Positions 12,915-24,702 of a stretch of 64,000 nucleotides of DNA are shown in pieces; position 1 is the stretch's first letter, and every line of letters begins with the position of its first letter. The notes beneath the pieces were generated by a model, which was not told the DNA's origin, ran no database searches, and saw only the letters and a program-made list of their open reading frames with translations. Position numbers and translations under genes: made by a program. The stretch lies in contig OX597838.1 of the NCBI GenBank assembly GCA_951406725.2, positions 37,324,001 through 37,388,000 on the forward strand, written 5' to 3'. Origin of the DNA: Octopus vulgaris (taxonomy: Eukaryota).

Positions 12915-13037
12915 ATATATATATGTATGTATATATATATAGTCTCATGTAGTAAACTTACATATGCACCATACATCCATATATATATATACAGATTTAT
13001 AAAAATACATATATGCACACATATGCATGCATATGAA

Positions 13038-13069
<32 letters not shown>

Positions 13070-13364
13070 CATGCATAAATATATATATGCATAAATGTAT
13101 ATATGCATATATGTATGTGTATATATAGATATGTGCAAAAATATATATATGCATACATGTGTATTTGTATGTATATATATATGTATGTGTATATGTATGT
13201 ATATATATATATATGTGTGTGCATAACTATATATATGCATATATGTATGTGTTTATGTATGTATATATATATATATGTATGTGTATATGTATATATATAT
13301 GTATGTGTATGAATATATATATATATATATATGTGTGTGTATATGTATGTATATATATATATGC

Positions 13365-13407
<43 letters not shown>

Positions 13408-13436
13408 TATATGTGCATGTGAATGTATATACATAT
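12230..13436. repeat. Degenerate (TA)n/(TATG)n/(TG)n microsatellite region (with a short unique island ~12685-12870)
   Basis: Direct sequence. Confidence 0.9.
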
Positions 13437-13610
13437 GGTGGAGCAAAAATATGGCAATATCCTCATCCTGCCCTACAAAAACTGTGCCTTGTCAAAAGCA
13501 ATTAAGGTTGTTTTCTTTTTATTGAATGATATTTTTTACTTACTTAGAGTTCTATTGGAGGCTGACTGTAACTACCACTTAGCTAATACTCTCTCTGTAT
13601 TCTTTTCGTA

Positions 13611-13687
<77 letters not shown>

Positions 13688-13690
<3 letters not shown>

Positions 13691-14090
13691 CGCAGGAGTG
13701 GCTGTGTGGTAAGTAGCTCGTTTACCAACCACATGGTTCCGGGTTCAGTCCCACTGCGTGGCATCTTGAGCAAGTGTCTTCTGCTATAGGGCAGGGTCGA
13801 CCAATGCCTTGTGAGTGGATTTGGTAGACGGAAACTGAAAAGAAGCCTGTCGTATATATGTATATATATGTGTGTGTGTGTTTGTGTGTCTGTGGTTGTC
13901 CCCCTACCATTGCTTGACAACCGATGCTGGTGTGTTTACGTCCCCATCACTTAGCAGTTCGGCAAATGAGACCGATAGAATAAGTACTGAGCTTACAAAG
14001 AATAAATCCCGGGGTCGATTTGCTCAACTAAAGGCGGTGCTCCAGCATGGCCGCAGTCAAATGACTGAAACAAGTAAAAAAGAGAAAGAG
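13688..14090 (+). mobile_element. SINE family S1
   Basis: Full-length match to S1. Confidence 0.88.
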
Positions 14091-14214
14091 AGATATATAC
14101 ACATGCTCACACCAGCCCCAGTCAAACCGTCCAACCCCTGCCAGCATGGACAACAGACATTAAATGATAATGATCATCTATATACATATATATATATATA
14201 TATATAAACATATA

Positions 14215-14309
14215 TCATTGGTAGTGAAGTAGGCAGCATGTCAGTCTCATAATCAAGCAACTTATGTTGAGGAATCTAAAAGTCGTGAGTTCAATCCTCA
14301 CCTGGGGCA
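14215..14309 (+). pseudogene. tRNA-Met(CAT) elongator-type pseudogene with a 22-nt intron-like insert (14252-14273)
   Basis: tagtgaagtaggcagcatg tcagt ctCATa [atcaagcaacttatgttgagga] atctaaaagtc gtgagttcaatcctcac ctggggca aligns to eukaryotic tRNA-Met. The insert lies between canonical positions 37 and 38. The acceptor stem is mismatched; an oligo-T run lies at ~14322-14328. Confidence 0.8.
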
Positions 14310-14842
14310 CATCATTTGTAATTTTTTTGTCATAGGCGCTGGAGTATGGTATATAGCTTGCTTGCCAACTACGTTTCTGGTTTCAGTCCCACTGCATGGC
14401 ACCTTGGTCAAGTGTCTTCTTCTATAGCCTCAGGCCCTCCAAAGCCTTGTGAGTGGATTTGGAAGACAGAAACTGAAAGAAGCCTGAGGCGGGTGAATGT
14501 TGGTGACTGGGAGAGCACCAAGTCTTACAAAATTCTGGCTGAACTTATCTTTTCTAACTCAAGAAAGCATGGAATCATCATCATCATTTAACGTGGGTTG
14601 GACAGTGTGACCATAGCTGGCAAGCTGGGTGGTGGTGGTGTACCAGACTCCAGTCTGATTTGGCATGGTTTCTACAGCTGGATGCCCTTTCTGACACCAA
14701 CAACATTACAGAATGTCCTAGGTGCTTTTAAGTGGCACATTGCATGGGGTGTGGCTCCATAAATATTAATATGACACTGTTGATAATGAAGATGTTTATT
14801 TATGTTTACATTTGTTTGTGTGTATATATATATATATATATA

Positions 14843-15023
14843 GTCAATAATAAAAGGGTAAAATTAATTAATTATTAATTAATTTTATTTACCAAGTAGT
14901 GTTCAGTATGTAAAAAGACCATTCACGGTATATTTAAAACATTACGTTATATAATTAGGGTTCAGTAAAATAAAAAAATTATTTTACTGAACCCTAATTA
15001 TATAACGTAATGTTTTAAATATA
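14843..15023. mobile_element. Family A PLE-like terminal fragment with a perfect 45-bp-arm hairpin (14929-15023)
   Basis: Homologous to 35801-35925. Arms tatatttaaaacattacgttatataattagggttcagtaaaataa and its reverse complement; (TA)n on both sides. Confidence 0.8.
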
Positions 15024-15984
15024 TATATATATACATACATATATATGTTTGCATGTTTGCATGTATAAATACACATTGCTTTATATATACATTCAGTGTT
15101 ATATGTTTGCACGTTCTCTCTAATTTTTCTCTCTTTTTATAAGTGTGTGTGTGGTGTTGCTTTTTAAATTTATTTGTATAAGCTTGTCTGTTCGCTCTAT
15201 ATTTGAAATATTTGCTTAATTATAATTTGCATGTTGCAAAAACACCCCCCCCCCCTAATAATCCATATGAAAAGGTAAGTCTTTTTCTAAATATTTTTTC
15301 CAACATCAGAAATGGTCAGAGTTGAATTAGATATGATGATTAGGAATGTATCAAATATTAAATGTTAGTTAACATTATTCTGTAGGTGAGAGAATAAGGG
15401 AGACAATTTTGAGCATGTTCAACAATTAACTTACATCAGCAAGGTTGTTGCCTTCACCAGGAATTTTCCAATATTTTTCTCATATGTATTCTTATTTTGT
15501 TCTAATTGTTAGAATATCAAAGTAAATAGTGAAAGCAGTTCAGAATTTTATTTTCATTTAAACACTACAAGAGCTAATTAAACATATATTCAATATTAAG
15601 ATTGACTCAACCATCTGTTTACACGTCATCTACACCAATTTATGATTCAGCTGCTAGGAAATAGCAATTGCTATTTAAATCAGTCAGAAACTATAAACAT
15701 GTATTTTTCTATATAAAAACACCCATCTATATGTATGGTCATTCATATATCTATCTATATATATGTGTGTGTATGTACCATCATTAAAATTGATTTTAAC
15801 CATCCCTTCTCATACTATCTACATCAATTTTGGTACAACTGGTAAGCAATAGCAATTGCTATTTAAAGCGGTCACAAACTGTGTATATATATATATATAT
15901 ATGCACCCAGCTATGTGTGTGTATACAGGCACTCACAGATACACACACATGTATATATATATATATACACACACACACATATAA

Positions 15985-16310
15985 GTGAAGGCATGTGGTT
16001 TAATAGTTAGAGGTATTTGGCTCACAATCGTGAGTTCAATTCCTGGTGACGTGTTGTGTCCTTAAGCAAGACACTTTATTTCATGTTGTTCCAGTCCACT
16101 CAGCTGGCAAAAATAAGTTGTACCTGTATTTCAAAGGGCCAACCTTGTCACACTTTGTGTCACGCTGAATTTCCCCGAGAACTACGTTAAGGTTACATAT
16201 GTCTGTGGAATGCTCAGCATGTTAATTTCCCGAGCATGTTAATTTCCCGAGCAAGCTGTTCTGTTGATCGTATCAGCTGTGATCCTCGTCATCATAGCTA
16301 ATAAAGTGCT
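15985..16310 (+). mobile_element. SINE family S4 (tRNA head + CORE-like domain + tail shared with S3), decayed
   Basis: tgtgtccttaagcaagacactttatttcatgttgttccagtccactcagctggcaaaaat; matches the reverse complement of 58949-59268. Confidence 0.8.
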
Positions 16311-16533
16311 CCTTTATATATATATATATATATATAAACATTCAGATGAATATGGTACTTAAGTTGAGGCACCAGAATTTAGTATGGTATTATCCATACA
16401 ATTTCAAAGTAAGGTGATTAAAATCAAAATAAATAACAAGGATATCCAGAGGTAATGCTGTACAATTGTTTCATGCAACTCCATTTAATTGAACGATGCA
16501 ATCATTACATCAATTTAAAATGCATAGCATGAT

Positions 16534-16619
16534 TGCTCTGAAGATTGCTCTGCATTTTAAATTGATGTAATGATTGCATCGTTCAATTAAATGGAGTTGC
16601 ATGAAACAATTGTACAGCA
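16534..16619 (+). ncRNA. Type-I hammerhead ribozyme motif, family B, inside fold-back insert 16338-16654
   Basis: tgct CTGAAGA ttgctc...(58 nt)...gagttgcat GAAAC aatt GTA cagca; helix I is imperfect at the inversion junction. Confidence 0.7.
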
Positions 16620-16838
16620 TTACCTCTGGATACCCTTGTTGCTTATTTTGAATTATATATATATATATATATATAAAAATTAATCAAAGGACATACTAGG
16701 TATGTCAACCTGCTTGAAATAACAGTCAAAACTCTTATTATTAAATCGGCAAAAATACACCGATGAAAACTACAGAAATCAAACAAAGGCAAAATCAGGT
16801 TAAGATAATCTACTAACACACATTTAAGTATTTGGACT

Positions 16839-16889
16839 CACGTGGATCGATTTCTGCATTGGTAAAGACCTTAGCTTCTTCAGCACGTG
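16839..16889 (-). ncRNA. Minimal type-I hammerhead ribozyme in TA-flanked insert 16680-17090
   Basis: Minus strand reads cacgtg CTGAAGA agctaaggtctttaccaatgca GAAAT cg ATC cacgtg: 6-bp helix I, intact core, palindromic helix III. Confidence 0.85.
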
Positions 16890-17398
16890 TTACCATTATT
16901 AGAGACTCCCAACCCATTGCGTCGAAGTCTGTGCTGCAACTGAATTCGTTTCACGTCGAAATCATAACAGCCACTGGGGTAAAATAATCTCGATACAATT
17001 TATGAGAAAAATAATTCACCAAAAATTAATTTACATTGTTACATTGGATAATAATAGAATTAATGACACCTTCGTAAATTAATTTTTGGTATATATATAT
17101 ATACATATATCATCATCATCATCATCATCGTTTAATGTCCGTTCTCCATGCTAGCATGGGTTGGACGATTCGACCGGGGATCTGGGAAGCCAGAAAGCTG
17201 CACCAAGCTCCAGTCTTATCTGGCAATGTTTCTACAGCTGGATGCCCTTTCTAATGCCAACCACTCCGTGAGTGTAGTGGGTGCTTTTTATGTGCCACCT
17301 GAACTGGTGCCAGGCGAGGCTGGCATCGGCCATGGTCGGATTGGTGCATTTTACGTGCCACCTGCATGGAAGCCAGTCGAGGCGGCACTGGCTTCGGC

Positions 17399-17434
<36 letters not shown>

Positions 17435-17436
<2 letters not shown>

Positions 17437-17675
17437 AAAGGAAATGTTGATCTCTATATCCAACTAATCCAGAAATGGCGTTCTCAAGTAATCTATATAC
17501 GTGTGATCTTTCGTTATTTTTTCCCTCTATAACTGCGTGAATTATTTTTAAGTATACATTGTCTGGGAGTCTTTTCTTAGAGTAGAAGAAATAGCTAAGG
17601 TTTTTTGGCCGCTATTTCTAAAAGTTCGGTGCGTGGTAAAGTAAATTATTTTACTGAACCCTAATTATATAACGT
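17435..17675 (+). mobile_element. Family A PLE-like pLTR fragment (degenerate GAAA half only)
   Basis: Reverse complement of the 40340-40540 and 35905-36100 family sequence; (TA)n on both sides. Confidence 0.7.
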
Positions 17676-17780
17676 ATATATATATATATATATATTATAC
17701 ATGAATATGGCATGATTTTACTTGATATTTATTTTTACAATTTGTTTGTCTTCAACGTTTGTTGTTTTTTTCCATTGCAG

Positions 17781-17955
17781 TGCACGGAAGAGACCAGTTC
17801 CGTACCACCGACCCACACCACCTACACCAAGTTCTTTGAGCAGCTTTTCTTACCGATCCTACAGCAGATCTCGGAGTCCATCTCGAGAGCTGAGTTGTAG
17901 TCGAAGTCGCAGCCGTAGTCACAGCCACAGCAGATGTTACAGTCGCGGCCGCTAG
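17781..17955 (+). CDS. Srrm234: Last coding exon of Srrm2/3/4 (Srrm234): C-terminal half of the eMIC domain plus RS-rich tail
   Basis: Strong acceptor tttgttgtttttttccattgcag|, phase 2. Reads (S)ARKRPVPYHRPTPPTPSSLSSFSYRSYSRSRSPSRELSCSRSRSRSHSHSRCYSRGR*, matching the SRRM3/SRRM4 motif RRITSARKRPIPYYRPSPSS followed by RS repeats. Confidence 0.88.
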
Positions 17956-18935
17956 AAGTGAGGGGGGGAATGAAAAAGAGAGAGGGGAGAGATCAAAGCA
18001 TACGCAAAAGACAAATGAAGAGGAGGAGGAGGAGGAGGTAGTGAAGGGGTTAAGAGAGAAAGAGAAAGGAAGGATTAACGAGTGGGTTTGAGAGGAGCAG
18101 AGAGAGAGAGAAAGAGAGTGTGAGTGGAGAAATACAAGATTGGGACCAAATTATAAGTCGATGAGCGAGACCATGATATTTCACAAGAGAGAGAGAGAGA
18201 GTTAGTGGAAGAGGAAATGAAGATGTGTGAGTGTGTATACTTGTATATGTGCATGAGTGTGTATGTACATGTATGTGTGTGTGTATATATATGTATATAT
18301 ATATGTAAATGTATGTACATGTATATATGAATGTATGTATATTTATATGTATGCATGTATTTATAAGTATAGATGCTTACAAGTAGTGAAAGGGAAAAAG
18401 TGAGAGTGAGTAAAGGAGAATAAAAAACTGAGAAAAAAATGGATTTTAAGTGTGTGTGTGTGTGTGAAAGAGAGAAACAGAGAGAAGGAGTATGAGTGAA
18501 AGAGGAAGTACGAGTGATAGTATGAATGAGAGAAAGATCTATATATATATATATATAGCAGATAATTTAGATAATCTAAATGAAATATTCTTAACTAAGT
18601 TCTTAGTAATTGCTCCAGGATGATTACTAAATTTGCTAATGTACTTAAAGATTGGTCAACGGTTTACGATATTGGAAGTAAGAGTCACTGTGTAAATTAA
18701 GCGTAATATATGTAGTGTATGTGTGAGAAAGCAAGAATTTGGCAGCCAGACCCATGACATAAGCCAGTATGCTACAGATTCCACAGATTGTATAAAGAAG
18801 AGGGTGGGGCATTGTTGCATTGCGGGGATAAGTCTTCCGCCCTCGCTGAGTCCGTCTGTCTGTTTGGTAGAGCAGAGCATGATCAGATTCTCTCGATATT
18901 CCAAACATTAAATGAATCTTATTGTCTTTGGCCCT

Positions 18936-18974
<39 letters not shown>

Positions 18975-19158
18975 CACACACCCTCTGCACTAAGTCATTC
19001 TAATTTCATATGATGTTATTAATTAATTAATTATACTTTCAACTGCAAACCTGTCCATAACAATAAATGATTATTATAATAATTACTACTACTATTAGAA
19101 TATGAAGAATTATCATACTAGATAAATCAGATTATCCTTGATATTAACATTAGTAAAG

Positions 19159-19905
19159 TCAGCAAGCTGGCAGAATCGTTAGCACGCCGGCCGAAATGCT
19201 TAGTGGTATTTCGTCTGTCGTTACGTTCTGAGTTCAAATTCCGTCAAGGTCAACTTTGCCTTTCATCCTTTCGGGGTCGATAAATTAAGTACCAGTTATG
19301 CACTGGGGTCGATATAATCGACTTAATCCATTTGTCTGTCCTTGTTTGTCCTCTCAGTGTTTAGCCCCTTGTGGGTAGTAAAGAAATAATTATTTCGTCT
19401 GCTGTTACGTTCTGAGTTCAAATTCCGCTGAGGTCGACTTTGCCTCTCATCCTTTTGGGATAGATAAATTAAGTACCAGTTATGCACTGGGGTTGATATA
19501 ATCGACTTAATCCGTTTGTCAGTCCTTGTTTGTTCCCTCTATGTTTAGTCCCTTGTGGGCAATAAAGAAATAAGAAACGTTAGCATGTCAGGTGAAATTT
19601 TTAGCAGTATTTCGTCTGTCTTTAAATTATGAGTTCAAATTCCGCCGAGGTCGACTTTCATCCTTTCAGGGTCAATAATTTAAGTACCAGTTGCATGCTG
19701 GGGGACGATCTAATCAACTGCCCCCCCCCCACCCCATCCCTTGTGTCTAGAGTAGAAAAGAATCATTAGCACCCTGGGCAAAATGCTTCAGAGCTTTACT
19801 TCCATCATTACGTTCTGAGGTCAACTTTGCCTTTCATCCATTTGGGGTCGATAAAATAAGCACCAGTTATGCACTGGGATCGATGTAATCAACTTAATCC
19901 ATTCC
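19159..19905 (+). mobile_element. Tandem array of ~4 decayed S2 SINE units
   Basis: The S2 core recurs head-to-tail at ~19160, 19390, 19575 and 19765. Confidence 0.85.
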
Positions 19906-20786
19906 CAGGACTTGTTGGCTTTCTACCAAAATTTACAACTAATGTTAATAGCAGTAAACATTCTACTACTACTAATAATAATAATGATAACACCAACTTG
20001 AATGATAATAATAATATAGATGGGCTACAGCAAATATTCAGCTCAATACCACAGATTTGCTTGTCAGTTGTTTGACCTTAACCAGCTGAGCATGTCCCTT
20101 GTTGGCTGATATGTGCATCTCTGATCATGAGCAGAAGTAGTGGGGGATCATCATGTGTTGAGAGGAACAGATACTCCTTTTGAAGTACTCAATAGAAGTA
20201 CTCAGTAGAGCAAGTGGCTTACCCAAAGGAATACTCTCTGGCATGTTCCAAGTTTATTCAATCTCAAATCCTAAGTTCAGCTTAAGCCAAAGTTAAGTAC
20301 TAAAATAATAAAAAAAAAAGAATGAGATAACATAGGAGCTGCTATGTGGTCACAGGGTCTGCTATATATAGTAGTGAAGTCTCTCTCAAAGAGCTTTACA
20401 TAATTAAGGGGTAGGGGAATCTAACACACAAGAAAATGCAGTATGGAGACATAATATATACGTGAAATAAACTGTGGGAAGGTCATAGCTGGATTGCCTT
20501 TGATATTACGGTATGCTGCTCAGTCAGAGGTGACTTGATGTAACTGCATTAATAACTAAAAATGGGGCGGGGGCGGATATTTTGTTGGTTTTTCTGCACA
20601 TGGGAATCAAATACCGAATTTCTACAGTCTGGAGAAATGGCAGATCTTGTTAAATTATGGTTGTGAATCTATTGCAGTCGTTGCTTTAACATTTCAACAT
20701 ATACATATGTACTGTCTGTCTGTTTGTCTATCTATCTTCATTTACTTAGCTCTATATTATGTATTTAGTAATCCATTAAATTATGG

Positions 20787-21060
20787 CACTCCATTGGTTA
20801 TGATGACGGAGGTTCCAGTCAATCCGAATCAACCGAACAGCCTGCTCGTGAAATTAACATGCAAGTGACTGAGCACTCCACAGACATGTGTACCCTTAAC
20901 AGAGTGTGACAAGGCTGTCCCCTTTGAAATACAAATACAACAGAAACAGGAAGAAAGAGTGAGAGAAAGCTGTGGTGAAAGATTACAGCAGGGTTCACCA
21001 CCACCTCCTGCCAGAGTCCCATGGAGTTTTAGGTGTTTTCGCTCAATAAGCACTCACAAC
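20787..21060 (-). mobile_element. SINE family S3, partial
   Basis: Reverse complement of parts of 59712-60096. Confidence 0.8.
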
Positions 21061-21540
21061 GTGAAACTTTAGGGAAACCTTTTCCTAGCTGATCTGTAAG
21101 ATAGTGAAGGGCTGGTTGTAATTCTTGGTTTTAAGTTCAAATACAACCAAAGTTAGATACAAAAAAAACAAACAAATAGTATGAGCTAACAAAGATGCCT
21201 TGATAGAGTCAGTGGATCTGCGAGAACTACCAACCACATCTAGCTAGTGTGGCCTAGGGGTTAAGGTGTTGTACGCAGCATCATAAGAACATGGTTTCAA
21301 TTTCCGGTCCAAGTAATACATTAGCAAAACAACTGCAAGTTGCTCTGCAATCGCTGTGAGATCTGATGCATAACAATGTGCAGCTTTGCGGGTGATGTCG
21401 ATTTGATAAACGGAGTAAGCTAATGGGGAGCATGAGCATTTGATAGCTATAAGCAAATCAACTCCAAGGGCTGTTTGGCAAGATATTACAGAACCACTGT
21501 TTGTCAATTATGACATGAGAGTCCACCATATCTATCCTGC

Positions 21541-21780
21541 TGTGACCATCCAATTGGATTCTCCTTTCAGGTGAAGCATAGCCTGGACTGCAACACCTAA
21601 TAATTTTCTTACACACATACACACACACATCCTGGACTGCAACATTTAATAGGGTTTTTAAAACACATATATATATATATGTGTGTGTGTGTGACTGTGT
21701 GTGTGTTTAAAGAATATCTATTAGATGTTGCAGTCAAGAATATGCTATACCTGAAAAGAAAATACTATAGGATGGTCATA
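21541..21780. repeat. Imperfect fold-back element with a microsatellite centre
   Basis: tgtgaccatcc..tttcaggtgaagcata..gactgcaacacctaata versus tattagatgttgcagtc..tatgctatacctgaaa..ggatggtcata. Confidence 0.75.
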
Positions 21781-22759
21781 ACTAGAGTGCCCTTAATTCT
21801 ACATAGGTGTGCTTGATGAGAGAGATAGATAGATAGAGATAGATAGATAGATAGATAGATGTGTATATATATATATATATATAGGTGGCGAGCTGGCAGA
21901 AATGCTTAGCGGTTTTTCGTCTGCCATTACATTCCGAGTTCAAATTCCGCCGAGGTCGACTTTGCCTGTCATCCTTTCGGGGTCGATAAATTAGGTACCA
22001 ATTACGCACTGGTCTGTTCAACTAGAAATGACCAAGGGCTAAATGGGCAACTTTGGAGAATCCTCCCTCAGTTGATCTGCAAATACAGCAAAACAATGGT
22101 TGCAATTTGCCAGGGACTTTGCATTCCTTTGTTTACAACACCCTGAATTTTTACTAGCACCCAGGTCAAATCAAGGAACAAAACCCGTGAAAGTATGAAA
22201 TGTGAGACTCCTTCCAGGGATCACAGTCGAAAATTTTCATGGAAGACAACAGTGTTACGACTGCTGATGAATTTAGCAGACAAATGACAAAATGGAGGTA
22301 CGAGACACACCTTTCCACCTCAAGTCTAAAACCAAGTGTAGCTTGTAGCCAATAGATGCTGATACTGATTAAACTAATATCCATTCTTTAAGGGTTTTAT
22401 TTAGTAATCTCTTAATCTCTCAGCTCTTCTATATAATCCTCTACCTTGCTATATATATATATATAGATAGATAGATAGATATTATACTTGTATTTATTTT
22501 GCTTCCTAATTCATTCACACATCAATTCATCTGTATAATATTCTATTTTCTCTTTTGTATATAATCCGCTGATAATCTGTCCGTCTATTCATATATTTAT
22601 TTGTCCATTCATAAAACCACTAATGAATCTAATACATACACGTGTGCTCCTCATCTGTCTGCATATATATATATATATATATGTACATAGATGTCTATGG
22701 AAGAATCTACCACCACAGCCCTCCCAGGAATAATAGGGAAAGAAGCTGGCCATATATAT

Positions 22760-23010
22760 AAGTTCAGTAAAATTTAGATTCAGATGAATATGGTACTTAA
22801 GTTGAAGGCACCAGAATTTAGTATGGTATTATCCATATAATTCAAAATAAGGTGATTATAATCAAAATAAGCAACAAGGATATCCAGAGGTATTGCAGTA
22901 CAATCGTTTCATGCGACTCCATTTAATTGAACAATGCAATCATTTCATTACATCAATTTAAAAATGCTGAGCAATATTTAGCTGCATAAAAATATAGAAT
23001 TTAGTCCTTT
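22760..23010 (-). mobile_element. Family B PLE-like pLTR with a decayed hammerhead (22894-22986)
   Basis: Closely similar to 16338-16530. Minus strand reads tgcag ctaaata ttgctc...gagtcgcat GAAAC gatt GTA ctgca. Confidence 0.8.
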
Positions 23011-23449
23011 GAATTTAACTATCTATTCTACATAAGAACTCACCGGACAGATTACTAAACCTTTTAGTGATCTAATTCTCTGATAGATTTTGCCATATCT
23101 TCTCCCTGTGTGCTCCCAGTGCAAGAAGCAAAGCTCTGGCAAACTGACTTGTCCTTTGAGAGACACAGTGCTCCCTCTGATTCCATCTCAGTACATACAC
23201 ATGAATTAAGAGTGCAAGCTAAACCTTTAGCATTCATGGCCACACTACATTGTCATTTTAGGCAAAGTAGTCAGTCAATCAGCTGGAAATAGTAGCCAAG
23301 TCAATCATTAAATTACAGTCTTGAAAAACGTAGGCCTTAGATGTACAAATACGTAAATAATTAAGATAGGAGCTCTTGCAAATGGAACACCTTTCATCAA
23401 ATGTCTGTTCAACTAGAAATGACCACGGGCTAAATAACAACAGCCAACT

Positions 23450-23700
23450 GGCACTCCATCGTTGATCCCCTCAATGTGCAAGTGGCTTGAGTACTCCACA
23501 GACATGTGTACCTTTAATGTAGTTCTATGGGAGATTCAGTGTGACACGCAATGTGACAAGGCTGGCCCTTTGAAATACAGGTACACTGGTGCAACGTGAA
23601 ATAAAGTGTCCTTGCTCAAAGGCATACTGTTCCACCGGAGTCGAACTCATGCCCTTACGTCTGTGTGCAAAATACTCTAACCACTGAGCCATGCACCTTC
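23450..23700 (-). mobile_element. SINE family S4, decayed
   Basis: Matches 58949-59268 with deletions. Confidence 0.75.
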
Positions 23701-24339
23701 AGACAACCTACACACATATAGACACATGATGCATATATGCTGTGTAATTTATATATAATTCCAAATTATTTTGCAAAAGTTTTTGCGTTTTTGATCAAGA
23801 ACCTAAAAACCAAAGAATTTTAAAAAAAATAACGATAATAATTGCATTATATTCGTTCCTTCAAACGAATTGGTGACATCATCAAATAATTTTTTTTTCA
23901 TATATTTTGCTATTTTTTAATTTTTTTTTACAATTTATATTTTTGAATAAAATATTTCCTTTTTATGTTTGATCTACTGGAAGAAAAAGATTTGCAAGTT
24001 TAATTTATAATTTAACAATTAAATAAATCATTCCCACCCCCTCCCCGCTCATATCTAATCTACAGTACAGTTTGTGAGGTTATTATTATTATTATTATTT
24101 TTTTTTTTTTCACTTTTAATGAAATATTGATCTGCAACTTTTTAAATTCTTTAATGCAATCCATTTTATATTCTCATACATATGGCCAGACATTCGGAGA
24201 CACACATGCATCTACATATATATACATAACTTATGCTTTTGTGAGTACATATACATATTTAACTGTATCTACAAACGCAAAAATAAGTGCACATTTGTAT
24301 AAATGAATACAGACATACATATATATGTATATGTATGCC

Positions 24340-24702
24340 AGGCGCAGGTGTGGCTGTGTGGTAAAGTAGCTTGTTTACCAACCACATGGTTCTGGGTTCA
24401 GTCCCGCTGCGTGACACCTTGTGCAAGTGTCTTCTACTACAGCCTCGGGCCGACCAAAGCCTTGTGAGTGGATTTGGTAGACGGAAACTGAAAGAAGCCG
24501 GTCATATATATGTATATATATATGTATGTGTGTTTGTGTGTCTGTGTTAGTCCCCCTAGCATTGCTTGACAACCGATGCTGGTGTGTTTATGTCCCCGTT
24601 ACTTACAAAAAGAATAAGTCCCGGGGTTGAGTTGCTCAATTAAAGGCGGTGCTCCAGCATGGCCGCAGTCAAATGACTGAAACAAGTAAAAGAGTAAAGA
24701 GT
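24340..24702 (+). mobile_element. SINE family S1
   Basis: Match to S1. Confidence 0.88.

Noticed and set aside
22260-22305. CTGATGA followed by a short stem (attt..aaat)
   Set aside because: Followed by GACA rather than GAAA, with no helix I or III; not counted as a hammerhead.
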